Below are positions 18,986-29,156 of a DNA stretch of 64,000 bases, piece by piece. How positions within the stretch are numbered: the stretch's first letter is position 1; the number at the start of each line of letters is the position of its first letter. The notes beneath the pieces are model-generated. The model ran no database searches and was not told the origin of the DNA. It saw nothing but the letters and a program-made list of their open reading frames with translations. The stretch spans positions 1-64,000 of the IMG/VR virus record IMGVR_UViG_3300037587_000923; one strand, 5' to 3'. The stretch is from a virus. The position numbers and the translations under genes are program-made.

Positions 18986-19371
18986 ACATAAAAGAATTCA
19001 ATCCATTCGAAGATGTGCTGGTCTGTCCTGAGTGTGGAAAGGACGACTTCTCAGTTCTTAATGTTTCAAGAACTGAGAAGTCTATATATACAGCGGCATG
19101 TGCTCATTGTAAGATGCGGTTCCTGGCAGAAAGCTATACCGAATGGCCCAACGATTTTGAGGTCTCTCGTAGGGTAAGGGCGAGAGGGGTCAAAGTAAAT
19201 TCAAATGACGATAGTTGGGGCATACTATTCTGTGAAGGCAAGGAGCCTGAGTGGAGATGGATGAGAGGAGGACAGCCCCCTAAAACCAGAAAGGCGTCGA
19301 TGGCAAACAAAGAGATTCAAGAGCGATGGATTGCTCATTTAGTAGCAGAAAAAATGATGGAGAGCCAATAG
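18982..19371 (+). CDS. Zn-ribbon paralogue 4
   Basis: LVCPECG...CAHC; C-term AHLVAEKM. Confidence 0.7.
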   Translation: MNIKEFNPFEDVLVCPECGKDDFSVLNVSRTEKSIYTAACAHCKMRFLAESYTEWPNDFEVSRRVRARGVKVNSNDDSWGILFCEGKEPEWRWMRGGQPPKTRKASMANKEIQERWIAHLVAEKMMESQ

Positions 19372-19378
19372 AGAGGAG

Positions 19379-19576
19379 GTGAATATAGAAATGGCAGAGC
19401 ATGAATATATAGAGAAGGTTGAGACAGAGCACACAGGCGGCGGAGTTATGGTCGACTATGTGCACCTGAAGTCTGGTCAGGTACTTGGAGTATCAGACGA
19501 GTGTGTGGTGTTATATGAAGATGAAGACGCCGTGCATGAAGGAGAGCGTAGCGGACAAAAGATCGAGTTGGAGTGA
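19379..19576 (+). CDS. small acidic hypothetical protein
   Basis: GAGGAGG RBS; HTGGG motif. Confidence 0.55.
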   Translation: MNIEMAEHEYIEKVETEHTGGGVMVDYVHLKSGQVLGVSDECVVLYEDEDAVHEGERSGQKIELE

Positions 19577-19905
19577 CTATGACAGAGATCTCTCGCCAGA
19601 GGAAGTGGCAACTTAAAAAACTACAAGAAGATAATTGTGTAAGTTGCGGGCATCCTCTAAATAAATACAAGCAGTTTTGCGATGATTGTAGCGCGAAGAA
19701 GAGGCGCTATTACTGGAAGAACAAGAAGAGGCTAGAAGATCTTGTCCTGAGGCATGGAGAGCAGAATCGCAAATGGATAGTAGATGCTTTAGCCTGGGCG
19801 AGGATAGAAGTCAAAGAAGGCAGGCTCAAGAGAGGCTTCGATAAGGAGTTATTTGTTGAAGAGACACTAGGTAGAGGAAGGAGGCCATATGAACGATCTT
19901 ATTAG
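19573..19905 (+). CDS. Zn-finger protein
   Basis: CVSCG...CDDC. Confidence 0.6.
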   Translation: MTMTEISRQRKWQLKKLQEDNCVSCGHPLNKYKQFCDDCSAKKRRYYWKNKKRLEDLVLRHGEQNRKWIVDALAWARIEVKEGRLKRGFDKELFVEETLGRGRRPYERSY

Positions 19906-20009
19906 GGATGTAGGCTCGTGGATATTTATAGCTGTCAACTTGACCATAGCCGTAATATGTGCCAGGTTTGCGATCGGAAATCATTTAAAAAAGAAAGCGA
20001 GGAAAAATC

Positions 20010-20873
20010 ATGGAGAACAATAAAGTTGGTAATGTATTTGAAAAGGGTGTGCTTGTGAACTTAACATCGAGTGTGTGGGGTGGTAAGAGAAAGATACCAT
20101 CCTCTTACTTAAATAGGCAGGACGCTGATCCTGACTTCATCACGGCGCATAAGCTTCTTGTAGACAAGGAGAGCATCGAACCTATAGAGAAGGCCAGAGG
20201 TGCGGCAAGGAGTTGGCTTCAGAACAGGAGCCTTCCCTTCCCTATCAAAGGAGTACTGTTCGTGCCGAAGGATATCATCGATCGCGTTGATGAAAAACTT
20301 CAGGGTTTTCAGGACGACTTCTATGAGAAGGTGAATGAATTCCTGGAGAAGTACGATGCTATAAAAATACAGTCCAAGGAAAAGCTGGGAGAGCTCTACA
20401 ATCCTTCTGACTATCCAGACGACGTGAACTCGAGATTTAATTTCTCGTGGAACTTCTTCATCATGGATTCTCCGGACAACTTAAGCGCTATCTCGCCGGC
20501 ATTGTATGCCAGAGAGAATCATAAGTTCCAGGTTGCCATGAAAAGCTTTGAGGAGACAGCCATGGCCACGCTGAGGGATAACTTCGGTAAGATGATAGGT
20601 AACATGGCAGAGAAGATGACTGGGACCGGCAAGAACGGCAAGTGTAAAGTCTTCCGTGATTCCCTTATAGGTAATATCAGGGAATTCATCGATGAATTCG
20701 GGTACCTCAATGTGGTGGCTGAGGACACAAAGCTCGAGAGGCTCGTCGGTATAGCCAAGGCAGCTATAGAGGGCGTCTCTGCCCAGGACTTAAGGGACAA
20801 CAAGATACTAAGAGATGGCCTCTCTGTCAGCATGGGAGAGATACTCGAGGAGCTGGAGAAGGAGGACTCGTGA
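20010..20873 (+). CDS. DUF3150-like protein (common partner of MoxR-AAA/VWA modules)
   Basis: LVNLTSSVWGG, SLPFPIKGVLFVP, YNPSDYP...RFNFSW patterns. Confidence 0.6.
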   Translation: MENNKVGNVFEKGVLVNLTSSVWGGKRKIPSSYLNRQDADPDFITAHKLLVDKESIEPIEKARGAARSWLQNRSLPFPIKGVLFVPKDIIDRVDEKLQGFQDDFYEKVNEFLEKYDAIKIQSKEKLGELYNPSDYPDDVNSRFNFSWNFFIMDSPDNLSAISPALYARENHKFQVAMKSFEETAMATLRDNFGKMIGNMAEKMTGTGKNGKCKVFRDSLIGNIREFIDEFGYLNVVAEDTKLERLVGIAKAAIEGVSAQDLRDNKILRDGLSVSMGEILEELEKEDS

Positions 20874-21220
20874 ACTGGACAGGCGTGTTAATAGTATGGG
20901 GGTTGGTGGGCATCATACTAACTCCCATGCTGCCCAGGCCAGGCACTCGACTGCAGGCCACTCTTCTGCTTATCATTAGCGGGCCGGCAGGCTGGTATTT
21001 CTTTATCAAGATGACCATACAGCTGTACCTATATGACAGAACTTACTGAGGATTCAGCATGCAGAAAAAGGAGGAGGATTAAGATGCTATATTTTATTGC
21101 GGTATGCTCTCTTGTTGGAGCAAATGTCTGGTACTATCTTGGCGACACTGTTAGCGGTTCTATTTTTGTAGCAACCACCTTTATAGTGATGGCCATAAAA
21201 AACATACCACGTTAATTGTC

Positions 21221-21631
21221 ATGCAGAAAAAGAAGAGAACGGTAATCTGTGACTACTGTAAAGAGAAGACTATCCTAGTGCCTGACACTAAGGTATACGG
21301 AAGGTCTTATGGAGGCAAGCTATGGATATGCGTTCCTTGTGATGCCTGGGTGGGGTGTCACAAGGGCAGTAAGGACCATGCTCCGCTTGGAAGGCTGGCC
21401 AATGATGAGCTGAGAAGGTGGAAAATAAGGGCTCACGCTGCATTCGACCCTTTATGGAAGGCCAAAATAAGGATAGATAAGTGTTCGCAGTCTGAGGCAA
21501 GGAAGGCCGGCTATGTGTGGCTGGCTAATGAATTGGGTATAGAGCTCAAGAAGTGTCACATAGGATATATGGACGTAGCTATGTGCGAGAAGGTGGTTAA
21601 GCTGTGTAAGTCGATCGGAAAGGAACAATAA
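21221..21631 (+). CDS. DUF3268-like zinc-finger protein
   Basis: CDYC...CVPCDAWVGCH...PLGRLA...AHAAFDPLWK...CHIG. Confidence 0.8.
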   Translation: MQKKKRTVICDYCKEKTILVPDTKVYGRSYGGKLWICVPCDAWVGCHKGSKDHAPLGRLANDELRRWKIRAHAAFDPLWKAKIRIDKCSQSEARKAGYVWLANELGIELKKCHIGYMDVAMCEKVVKLCKSIGKEQ

Positions 21632-21653
21632 AAATTTAGGAAAGGAGGAGATT

Positions 21654-21971
21654 ATGTCAAGCACATTTAAGCCGGAAGGCGAGTTCGGGTATTCTACAAG
21701 ATGGTTGTTCTTCATAGTATTTTGCATCATAGTGCTATCTATCGTTGGGTACTTAGGTATGTATACCAACGTATTTGTAGAGAGAAAAGTCTTTGAGCAG
21801 AGCTACCAATATAAGGCTGGCATGGAGCAGCAGTCGGCAGTGTGGCAGGCGTCTATTGCTGAGATAGATCGGAAGATCACGGATCCTAATCTGACAGCTA
21901 CCGAGAGAAACAATCTCGAAGCTCAGAGGTCGGCACTTAACATTCAACTTAACGCAATAATAAGGAGGTAG
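21654..21971 (+). CDS. membrane protein
   Basis: TM helix followed by coiled coil. Confidence 0.65.
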   Translation: MSSTFKPEGEFGYSTRWLFFIVFCIIVLSIVGYLGMYTNVFVERKVFEQSYQYKAGMEQQSAVWQASIAEIDRKITDPNLTATERNNLEAQRSALNIQLNAIIRR

Positions 21972-21975
21972 GATT

Positions 21976-22533
21976 TTGAAAAGATTTATGATGGTAGTAT
22001 TGCTACTGGTATCCGCAGTTTTCATGATGGGTATATCTTCTTGCGATACTCAGGAGGATAAGGACAATAAGGCAGTGTCAATGCAGCAATCTCAGTATGC
22101 CAAAGCCCAACCTGTACCTGTATTCAACTGGTCTCTTGAGCGTCACCTGATAGCCCAGCTCTACCAGATCAGGAATATGAAAGCAGCAACTCATTCGGTA
22201 TGGCGGTCTGACAGGGGTATGATTGAAGGGGATTGTCCGAGTATAGGCTTTGGGCTTCCCTATGACACCAGCCTGACAAATCCACTTCAAGGAGTGCATG
22301 TATCCGGCCAAGGCGGAGTTGCCGCTATAGAACAGGCTGAACCGAATGGTATATTCGCCAGCAAGAATACTGCTGCTACGTGGGTGATGTGTACAGGGGC
22401 TGCGGGGATAATTGAACCTGTATATGTAGAGGCAAGGGTTACCGCCTATCCGTATCCGGTAAAGGTCAGCTACGGGACGAATCGGGTGACCAAGGCCGGT
22501 AAAAGTACTGTTAAATTAAGAACCTCAAAATAA
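21976..22533 (+). CDS. lipoprotein
   Basis: signal peptide with lipobox-like ISSC; QAEPNGIF. Confidence 0.7.
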   Translation: MKRFMMVVLLLVSAVFMMGISSCDTQEDKDNKAVSMQQSQYAKAQPVPVFNWSLERHLIAQLYQIRNMKAATHSVWRSDRGMIEGDCPSIGFGLPYDTSLTNPLQGVHVSGQGGVAAIEQAEPNGIFASKNTAATWVMCTGAAGIIEPVYVEARVTAYPYPVKVSYGTNRVTKAGKSTVKLRTSK

Positions 22534-22598
22534 ATCTTTAGCCTGCCCTTGAATTATCGAGGGCAGCACTAAGGATTTATTAAAGAAAGGAGGTTGCT

Positions 22599-22922
22599 AT
22601 GAAGCAGCAGATAATTTGCCCTGAATGCAAGGATAAAAACCGGAAAATGTTCAAGACAGATACTCCATACCATGGCGAGTATGTGAAGTTTATCTCGGGA
22701 CATGCATTAAGAGACTTTGTGTGTGATCACTGTGCGACAGAAATAGAGGCAGGCACTGAATGCTGCGCTTTCTCGATATGGGCTGATCACGGCAGACATC
22801 CTTACTATCCTTGGGAGCATGAATTTATAGAGTTTATAGACGAGGAGAGTCTTAAGGTAGCAAATGAAGTCAATGATGTTATGGCAAAGTTAGATAATAA
22901 AAAGGAGTATACCGATGGATAG
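22599..22922 (+). CDS. Zn-binding hypothetical protein
   Basis: CPEC...CDHC; AGGAGG RBS. Confidence 0.6.
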   Translation: MKQQIICPECKDKNRKMFKTDTPYHGEYVKFISGHALRDFVCDHCATEIEAGTECCAFSIWADHGRHPYYPWEHEFIEFIDEESLKVANEVNDVMAKLDNKKEYTDG

Positions 22923-23517
22923 AGATTATTACAAGATACTTGGGATAAAGAAGGGTGCCACGCGAGATCAGGTCAGGAGAGCTTATAGAGTCCTCTCTAA
23001 GAACCATCACCCTGACGTCAATGGTGGCGACAGTGATGAGTTCCTTAAGATAAAGAAGGCTCACGACGTACTGCTTGATCAAAAGGGCCGTAAGTTTTAC
23101 GATACTTATGGATGTGAGGAGGGAGGCGAGAAGTTCAAGAATGTAGTAGCGACATTCAGAAATATCATTAAGTCTCTTATGAAAAAATACAGACCGGAAG
23201 AGCTCCCTTATCAGATCGAAAAAACAATAGTGTCGACCATAAGCAAGTATGAGAGTGATATCAGGAGAGCAGAGGAGGGCATCGCGGGACTGGAGATGAC
23301 ATTAACCAAACTAAGAAAGGGCAGTGCCAACAAGGACCTTCTTAAGTTGGCCACTGAGACACTCATCGATGATAACAAGGCGGCTATAGCGGCAAGCAAC
23401 AATCACCTCGATATCCTTAATACCATGAAGAAGATAGTCGAGGGGTATGACATCCAATATCCGGAAGCTTCTCGGCATAATACTTGGAACCTGTCGTCAA
23501 CGACTGGGACAATGTAG
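22915..23517 (+). CDS. DnaJ (J-domain) protein
   Basis: DYYKILGI...AYR...HHPDVN...YD. Confidence 0.88.
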   Translation: MDRDYYKILGIKKGATRDQVRRAYRVLSKNHHPDVNGGDSDEFLKIKKAHDVLLDQKGRKFYDTYGCEEGGEKFKNVVATFRNIIKSLMKKYRPEELPYQIEKTIVSTISKYESDIRRAEEGIAGLEMTLTKLRKGSANKDLLKLATETLIDDNKAAIAASNNHLDILNTMKKIVEGYDIQYPEASRHNTWNLSSTTGTM

Positions 23518-23816
23518 TAGGAGTTGGCATGGCTAACTACTGGGAAGATATAGAGCACTCATTCAAGGCCCAGATATGTGAAGACGATGAGTTTGCCAAG
23601 AAGATTTATGCTGCATGCACCAATATAGAATGGAAACACAACGATGGGTCAGTGGGAGGAGAGTCTTTCAGGGCGGCCGCAGCTATCATTGCTATGATTA
23701 GAGAGAAGGGGGAAAACTACATGGATTGGTACTGTTGTAGCCCTGAAGGAGTTGTAGATTGGGAAATAGAGGTAATCATGGCGATGATGGGGTGGACTTT
23801 CGACAAGATGAAGTGA
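23484..23816 (+). CDS. hypothetical protein (likely start MANYWE)
   Basis: SFRAAAAIIA...YMDWYC. Confidence 0.6.
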   Translation: MEPVVNDWDNVVGVGMANYWEDIEHSFKAQICEDDEFAKKIYAACTNIEWKHNDGSVGGESFRAAAAIIAMIREKGENYMDWYCCSPEGVVDWEIEVIMAMMGWTFDKMK

Positions 23817-23837
23817 AGGGTAACAAGGAAGAGTGAA

Positions 23838-23900
23838 GGGGGCTGATGGATACCATAATGTTCTGGCTCCATGCAGCCCCTTCTATTGTTTTGTTTTTCT
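23838..23900 (+). terminator. terminator at the junction of convergent arms
   Basis: ggggctg..tgga/tcca..cagcccc stem followed by a T-rich run. Confidence 0.55.
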
Positions 23901-23965
23901 GCTTGCTGAAATTACTGAGGAAGGACAAAAAACCGTGAGCGCCTTGCCCGGGTAAGGAATAAACT

Positions 23966-24262
23966 TCACTTCTCCTCGAGGCAAGTCTCAGCCTTCTCCA
24001 TGATATAATCAATATAGTTTTTATCGTAGCAAGCGAGGTCACCATCGTAAGGGTGAGGCTTAGGCTCACTGTTGTCAAGTTGAACAACGTCATCAAAGAA
24101 ACAGTTATCGGCCTCTTCGATAATGAAGCCGATATATTCCTTGTCATAACACACCACGTTACTGTTGGCGGGAAATAGAGCAGACTTCCTACTTTCTGGA
24201 ACTACGCCTTTTCCTCCGAAGCAACCTATCATAGATACTAGACACACGCACATCAACATCAT
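23966..24262 (-). CDS. o-spanin-like lipoprotein
   Basis: internal start MMLMCVCLVSMIGC (lipobox) overlapping the i-spanin 3' end. Confidence 0.6.
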   Translation of the reverse strand: MMLMCVCLVSMIGCFGGKGVVPESRKSALFPANSNVVCYDKEYIGFIIEEADNCFFDDVVQLDNSEPKPHPYDGDLACYDKNYIDYIMEKAETCLEEK

Positions 24263-24413
24263 CCTGATTATCTTCAATATCTGCAAGCTCCTCTCTTCTC
24301 TTTTCTCGATCCTTAACCCTGGCCCTCTGCCTACCCTCGGGTGTATCCTTTGATTTAATAAGATAAGTGACAAGCCCCAGGATACTCGCGATGATAGTAA
24401 ATATGCTACCCAT
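24189..24413 (-). CDS. i-spanin-like protein
   Basis: N-terminal TM followed by a charged helix, in lysis cassette. Confidence 0.6.
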   Translation of the reverse strand: MGSIFTIIASILGLVTYLIKSKDTPEGRQRARVKDREKRREELADIEDNQDDVDVRVSSIYDRLLRRKRRSSRK

Positions 24414-24705
24414 TGCGGCTTAACCACCAATTACGAGCGAGGGATAATCCTTTGTCGGCCACATGGACTACGCCTGCATTAGCCGCGACATAGGCCTGCC
24501 AATTCTCGGCTGTTATTTTTACTTCCTGAAAGTAGGCCAGTAGACCCAAGACAGCGCTTACAGCCACAGTCTCTCCCATGCATTTTATATCAAATGTCTC
24601 ACCTTTCTTCTGCTTGGACAGGAAGGACCATAACCCTATGCTTATGCCGGTTGTAACAGAAAGTGCTACCGCCTTTACCAATACCATCAATACTTCCATT
24701 TCCAT
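24406..24705 (-). CDS. putative holin
   Basis: 99 aa with TM helices, next to the endolysin. Confidence 0.6.
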   Translation of the reverse strand: MEMEVLMVLVKAVALSVTTGISIGLWSFLSKQKKGETFDIKCMGETVAVSAVLGLLAYFQEVKITAENWQAYVAANAGVVHVADKGLSLARNWWLSRNG

Positions 24706-24744
24706 CTTATTCCTCCTTTAGTTTATTGTTTATTTTTTTAAATT

Positions 24745-25341
24745 TTAATCTAAAGCTCCTTCTTCCTCGTTGCGATAATCAACCATGCCTTTAGTTAACA
24801 GCCTGGCTATGAGAAAGGGTGCTGCCGGAGAACTCAAGACCCCTATCTCTTTAGTGTTGTCCAGGAAGCCCATCTCTATGAGGGCACATGGCATTTGATA
24901 TTTTAACTGCCTTAGAACAAAAAAGTTATCCGTTCTCTTTACCCCTCTGTGTTTATGGTTAGGGATGATGGCGTCTATGCAGGGGACGAGAACATTGGCC
25001 AGCTTATCAGAACCTATACTGTACTCAGGCACCCATATCTCCTCACCCTTAGCTTCCGGGTCCCCATCATTATCTTCGTCTGGGTCGGCATTGGTATGTA
25101 GAGAGAGGAAGGCATCGCCTTTGTTTTCCATAGCGATGTCAGCTCTACTACTGAGGCTGACGTAGTAATCAAAATCTCTGGTCAGCACAACATCAAAGTT
25201 ATTAGACTCGAGGAGGGCCTTTGTGGCGTAGGCCACCAACATCGTGATGTCCTTCTCTCTTATGCCTTTGAATTTTGCCCCAAAAGCTTTCCCTCCGTGC
25301 CCGGGGTCAAGTATTATTTTTATCTTCTCACCAGTCAACAT
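24745..25341 (-). CDS. N-acetylmuramoyl-L-alanine amidase (Amidase_3) endolysin
   Basis: LDPGHGG, EKDI, SLHTNA, LIEMGFLDN. Confidence 0.92.
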   Translation of the reverse strand: MLTGEKIKIILDPGHGGKAFGAKFKGIREKDITMLVAYATKALLESNNFDVVLTRDFDYYVSLSSRADIAMENKGDAFLSLHTNADPDEDNDGDPEAKGEEIWVPEYSIGSDKLANVLVPCIDAIIPNHKHRGVKRTDNFFVLRQLKYQMPCALIEMGFLDNTKEIGVLSSPAAPFLIARLLTKGMVDYRNEEEGALD

Positions 25342-25957
25342 ATAATTCTACACCTCCTTCAAGTTCTCTATCGTAACCATACCTCTTGCTCCTGGAATGG
25401 TACAACCTAACACCTTTCCACGGCACAATCACCTTAAATTCGTTCCTGTAATCCCCGGACTCTTTAGGTATAATGTTGTGCTGGTAAGTATATTTTAAAC
25501 TGTACTCGCCATGGACAGCCTTGACTCTATATGATCCTAAGCCTACGCTTTCTGTGCCTACCTTAGCATTGTGTACAAGGTAAGTGCTGAGGGTCCATAT
25601 GCTCGTCAATTTATAGGACGGGCCTACACCCAGCTCATTCTCCTTTATGTCCCTGATATTATCAAAGGACGCCTTGTCGTAAAAGCCCATAGACAACTTC
25701 TCGTTTATCTCATGAGAAGACTTTATGAGGAGGCTACCTTTGTCGCCGCACACAACACCCATAGATCTACAGAAAGAGTACTCTGCCAAAAAGCTCAGGT
25801 GTTCTACTTTGTCCTTGGCCTTGATCTTAATGGCATTAGCGGCTGTGCTGCCATTGAGTATGGAGGATAGATCGACGGAAAGCTCTCCGGAAAAGGATGT
25901 GGCGGGTAGTATTAGTGCGATGAATATAGCGAGGCATCTAATCATCTCAAAGCCCAC
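25328..25957 (-). CDS. exported beta-strand-rich protein, possible outer-membrane barrel
   Basis: signal peptide, amphipathic strands, C-terminal aromatic W. Confidence 0.45.
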   Translation of the reverse strand: MGFEMIRCLAIFIALILPATSFSGELSVDLSSILNGSTAANAIKIKAKDKVEHLSFLAEYSFCRSMGVVCGDKGSLLIKSSHEINEKLSMGFYDKASFDNIRDIKENELGVGPSYKLTSIWTLSTYLVHNAKVGTESVGLGSYRVKAVHGEYSLKYTYQHNIIPKESGDYRNEFKVIVPWKGVRLYHSRSKRYGYDRELEGGVELYVDW

Positions 25958-26325
25958 ACAATAGATGACAACCCAGCGCCTAAGACACCCGAGAATATAA
26001 CCATCAGTACTGCAAACATTTTGCTTATACCCTCATTTTTTAAGCTATCAAACTTATCAGTTACCTCTTTGGTGTGGTCCCGCATCATGCCGTAAAGAAC
26101 GTCAATGTCTTTCCTATTGGTTCCTTCCTTCTCTTTTATGTGAGCTATGTCTTTTGCTATACCCTTCTGGTCGCCATACATTTCATAAAACTTTACCTGA
26201 GCCTCCTCAAGTTTAGTAACGTTGCCCTGTAAAACTTCTGTTGAGGAGGTAAGTTTTATGATGGCCTCATTCATGGGTTTTACCTCATCACTGATGATAC
26301 CCTTTATTTTCTCATAGTCACACAT
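25942..26325 (-). CDS. coiled-coil protein with C-terminal TM (XhlA/holin-like)
   Basis: heptad pattern plus hydrophobic C-terminus. Confidence 0.55.
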   Translation of the reverse strand: MCDYEKIKGIISDEVKPMNEAIIKLTSSTEVLQGNVTKLEEAQVKFYEMYGDQKGIAKDIAHIKEKEGTNRKDIDVLYGMMRDHTKEVTDKFDSLKNEGISKMFAVLMVIFSGVLGAGLSSIVWALR

Positions 26326-26430
26326 AGTATAAGATTGCTCCTGTTTTATTTTTGTTTTATTAAAACAACTCTCTCCACGTCATCTGAGCAGCAATAGAAT
26401 TCGCGCTGTTAGCACTGCTTCCCGCTATTG

Positions 26431-27678
26431 TCAGAATTTCTCACTCCATATAAGGCTAACTGAAGCATCTGTAGTGGAAGAACTAGCCTCTGCGCTGACA
26501 GTTAATGTTTCCCCTGGCTCTAAAACTATATTATAAGAAGATAAATCTAGCGTATCGCCATCACTTTTATTTGTAGCGATACTTAAAATAATTTCTCCAC
26601 CACTTAAAGTTGTTCCCGCAACGTCATAACTTACTACACTTGTATTTGCATCAATATCGTTATAGCTTGGACTTCCCCCAAGTGTAGTATTTTTAACTAG
26701 CCGGACAATAGCCGGTTTTGTACCATCTACACCATAACTTATAGCTTTCAAAACAATTTCTACTCTATTGGTCTTAGTGACAAATAAAGATTTGTTTTGA
26801 ATAGTTATTATATTCGTTTCGGTTGTCGTAACACTTGCCTTGCTATTTGAAATAGATTCAATGTTTCCAAGATCCACTTCCTTACCCTCAATACCTCCCA
26901 TCATTGATGATGTTTGAAGCATTATATTGGTGTCGTTGGTAGTGTTTACTACTTCTGCATGAAGGGGGAGTGAGGGATTGAAAATAGAAGGATCAGTAAA
27001 AGCATTTGCATATTCGATAGTATGGACTTTAATAAACCTACCTGTAGAGGGCTGCTCTATCCAAAAAGTAATCGCACCAAAACCTAACCACTGATATCTT
27101 ATCTGATATACATTCCCCTTAGTTATATCAATGAATGGTAGAGTCTCCGCCCCTACAGCTTTATCAGCACTCCACGATGTTTGAGCCGTCCAATTATCAA
27201 CGTTATTTTGCCGTCTTAGAACTCCAAATGTATCTCCATTGCAGCCAAAGAAAAACCCATCGACAGCGTCCCCCACACCTATAATTTGATGCGAGCCATC
27301 AATACACGCAGTATATATAGTAGTATCCCTCACAACCGAACCTTGTCCTTGTCTGTATGTCAAAACACGCCTAGACCAAAGATATGCCTCAGAGGATGAT
27401 GCCGCCATTGTCTGTAATACAGCTTTAGAATTTGATTGCGTTACGGTTCCGGAACCTACCGTAGAGGTGTTTACAAATGCGGTATTTATATTATAGGGAA
27501 AACCTATTTGCACCTTTGGGGTTATTTCACCTACCAGCAGCTCACCAAAAGCTGTTTTAGAAGGCACTATTTGATTTAAGGTATCTTCCGTCGCATAGTC
27601 AGTTGGTATAATATTACCGGCATAAGCGTTTATGTTTAAAATTAGAGAAAATATTATTATAGATAATGTTGCTTTCAT
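26431..27678 (-). CDS. virion-associated beta-rich protein with signal-peptide-like N-terminus
   Basis: 415 aa, T/S-rich, YQWLGFG motif. Confidence 0.6.
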   Translation of the reverse strand: MKATLSIIIFSLILNINAYAGNIIPTDYATEDTLNQIVPSKTAFGELLVGEITPKVQIGFPYNINTAFVNTSTVGSGTVTQSNSKAVLQTMAASSSEAYLWSRRVLTYRQGQGSVVRDTTIYTACIDGSHQIIGVGDAVDGFFFGCNGDTFGVLRRQNNVDNWTAQTSWSADKAVGAETLPFIDITKGNVYQIRYQWLGFGAITFWIEQPSTGRFIKVHTIEYANAFTDPSIFNPSLPLHAEVVNTTNDTNIMLQTSSMMGGIEGKEVDLGNIESISNSKASVTTTETNIITIQNKSLFVTKTNRVEIVLKAISYGVDGTKPAIVRLVKNTTLGGSPSYNDIDANTSVVSYDVAGTTLSGGEIILSIATNKSDGDTLDLSSYNIVLEPGETLTVSAEASSSTTDASVSLIWSEKF

Positions 27679-27690
27679 GTCATTGTCTCC

Positions 27691-28104
27691 TTATCGACTT
27701 GCTTCGACATTAATGTTAAGATTACCAGATCTCGGCACAACTCTCAAATTACTAATAACAGGATCTTCGTCAGCAAACTTATAGTATGCTCCGCCTGGAA
27801 TAGGTATGCCATTCATTGTGCTATTATTATCGAATGTGTAGTTTGGACTGGCATAGATAATAATACTTCCGTTATTTTTTATCCAACCTTTGTCGGCAGG
27901 TACGCCCATGTCCCTCAGAAAGTCAAACTCCAAAGTAGTAGTTGAAGTCACATTTTCATAGTGTTGTCTGATTATTGATCGATTTACCGAGCTATCAACA
28001 ATATACCCGGTTACGTCCTTGGATTCAGCCATGGTTGTGAATAGAAGTGCGATCGCTATGGCCATAAATAATCCGCATGTTAATTTGTAGTCTGTCAGTT
28101 TCAT
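27691..28104 (-). CDS. hypothetical exported/structural protein
   Basis: hydrophobic N-terminus; late operon. Confidence 0.55.
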   Translation of the reverse strand: MKLTDYKLTCGLFMAIAIALLFTTMAESKDVTGYIVDSSVNRSIIRQHYENVTSTTTLEFDFLRDMGVPADKGWIKNNGSIIIYASPNYTFDNNSTMNGIPIPGGAYYKFADEDPVISNLRVVPRSGNLNINVEASR

Positions 28105-28127
28105 TGAACCTCCTTTATTAGCGTACG

Positions 28128-29156
28128 TTATATTTCACTCAATCTTTTTGTAGATACCCCAGGTATTACCTTCGATGCCTCGATAAAATTCTCAACGGCA
28201 AACCGCACCGTTGCCCCCTGCACGATATCCCAATAAATTAAACCGGTGACAGAATCATATACTTCCGTTATGTCTACACCAGAATGGAGCTTCCCGTCTA
28301 TATCGTAAGGTAGCTTGGTGATTACGGCATTAGCGCTTACTGTTGTAGGTTTCGTTACTCCATCTGGCAAAAAGAGATATTCATAGACTCTACAAACATC
28401 AGGGTCAGCTGGTGCCGATATAACCAACGGCGTTCCATAAAAAGGTGGTGTTGCGTCTGCTGTAACAACTAGGGTATCAGGCACAGTAAATATCACACCA
28501 GCTTTTCGGAATACCAGCTTGTAAGTCCCATCATCCAAACCCACTGTCCACTGTCCATTTGTGTCGGTTATAACTCCACCGAGAAATAAAGACTGATCAC
28601 TATTGTAAATAGATATCGCTACATCAGCTATGGGGGTAGTAGTCGCTGTTTCATATAGTTGGAAAGTTATCGCTCTGTCTCCAGTTAACAATGGGTTAGC
28701 TGTCCAGTTATCCCTGATCGCCTCCAAGCTATCTGTGGTCTGGTCAAAAGCTCTGCTTATGTCTTTATTTCTCATTGTATCGAGGAGGCCTCTTATGGTT
28801 CCTGTGGCATAGCTTGAAGATGCCGGCACATAAACTTCTCCGGTAAACTCATGAACCTCAAAGTCTGATCCTACATATGTTCCGGTATTTTGGAAGTAAA
28901 TCTCATACTCTTCAGAGGTTGAATCAATATGTGTGATATCAATACCATAAGCTCCGGCCTGATTGGTTGCGTCAATTTCAGCCATAGCAATGTCATTATA
29001 CCCCGCCAGCCATGCTATCTTTGTATCATCCATCCACTCCCCGGTAGATCTTTTCTTGATGGACACGGTAGGCGTTTCACCTGTCACCCCTAGTCCGTTA
29101 TCGGTTATGAAAAATCTCAGACTGACTGTATCTCCCATTCCGTGTTTAATATCCAT
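28128..29156 (-). CDS. virion structural protein (Ig/carboxypeptidase-regulatory-like domain)
   Basis: TDTNGQWTVGLDDGTYKL; FDQTTDSLEAIRD. Confidence 0.6.
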   Translation of the reverse strand: MDIKHGMGDTVSLRFFITDNGLGVTGETPTVSIKKRSTGEWMDDTKIAWLAGYNDIAMAEIDATNQAGAYGIDITHIDSTSEEYEIYFQNTGTYVGSDFEVHEFTGEVYVPASSSYATGTIRGLLDTMRNKDISRAFDQTTDSLEAIRDNWTANPLLTGDRAITFQLYETATTTPIADVAISIYNSDQSLFLGGVITDTNGQWTVGLDDGTYKLVFRKAGVIFTVPDTLVVTADATPPFYGTPLVISAPADPDVCRVYEYLFLPDGVTKPTTVSANAVITKLPYDIDGKLHSGVDITEVYDSVTGLIYWDIVQGATVRFAVENFIEASKVIPGVSTKRLSEI

